Source: Tubiluchus corallicola (Eukaryota; Animalia; Priapulida). Taken from it: DNA of 64,000 nucleotides. The notes beneath the pieces are model-generated. The model worked only from the letters and a program-made list of their open reading frames with translations. It searched no databases and had not been told where the DNA came from. The stretch spans positions 4,535 through 68,534 of the forward strand of contig JAQGDQ010001035.1 of NCBI GenBank assembly GCA_030141605.1, written 5' to 3'. A program made the translations under genes and the position numbers. Positions 63,635 through 64,000 of the stretch are shown in pieces (within the stretch, counting starts at the first letter, position 1; each line of letters opens with the position of its first letter).

Positions 63635-64000
63635 TCAATAGTTAATGATGAAATGAAATCATTAATCATTGCTGATTAATTTGAATGCAGTTGTTACTGG
63701 TAAAAAAGAACTAAGAAACCTAAAATACTTGCATTTATATTTCTTTTAGTTTTTTAAATCTTTTTTGTGCAAACGAAGTTTATGCATTACATTTAAATAA
63801 GTACAGTCTACAGGAAAATTGTAGAAAAATACAACATACAACAAAGAATGACCAGTGTGGTCTAATAGTCTGTGGATTCTCTTTGTCTTATACAATGTTC
63901 ATTACATAGATTGCTACATATCTGGTAATATGGGAGAAATTTTGTTCACATACAAAATACACATGAATGTCAAGTTACATTTATTTTAGTGAAGATATAC

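Overview
AT-rich, intron-rich animal (invertebrate-like) genomic DNA; most track ORFs are repeat artefacts. Spliced genes reconstructed by hand: POLG2 (mitochondrial DNA polymerase gamma accessory subunit, - strand, 9 coding exons, 18729-29736), GINS2/PSF2 with an intronless CDS (+, 35328-35873), an animal malate synthase (+, 9 exons, 37453-57687, C-terminal exons not in window) and an uncharacterised - strand gene with DxxGDGxDDYCR (FG-GAP-like) repeats (60009-~62230). Bases 1-19788 form a large imperfect palindrome centred on two (ACA)-derived satellites; it duplicates at least the last two POLG2 exons. Mobile DNA includes a full-length Gmr1-type Gypsy LTR element (integrase before RT, tRNA-Leu PBS, 5-bp TSD) inside a minisatellite in a malate synthase intron, seven copies (five independent insertions) of a 5S-rRNA-headed SINE built from RTE LINE parts, a decayed LINE that spawned a 65-bp minisatellite, several piggyBac/hAT/pogo-type MITEs and many micro/minisatellites.
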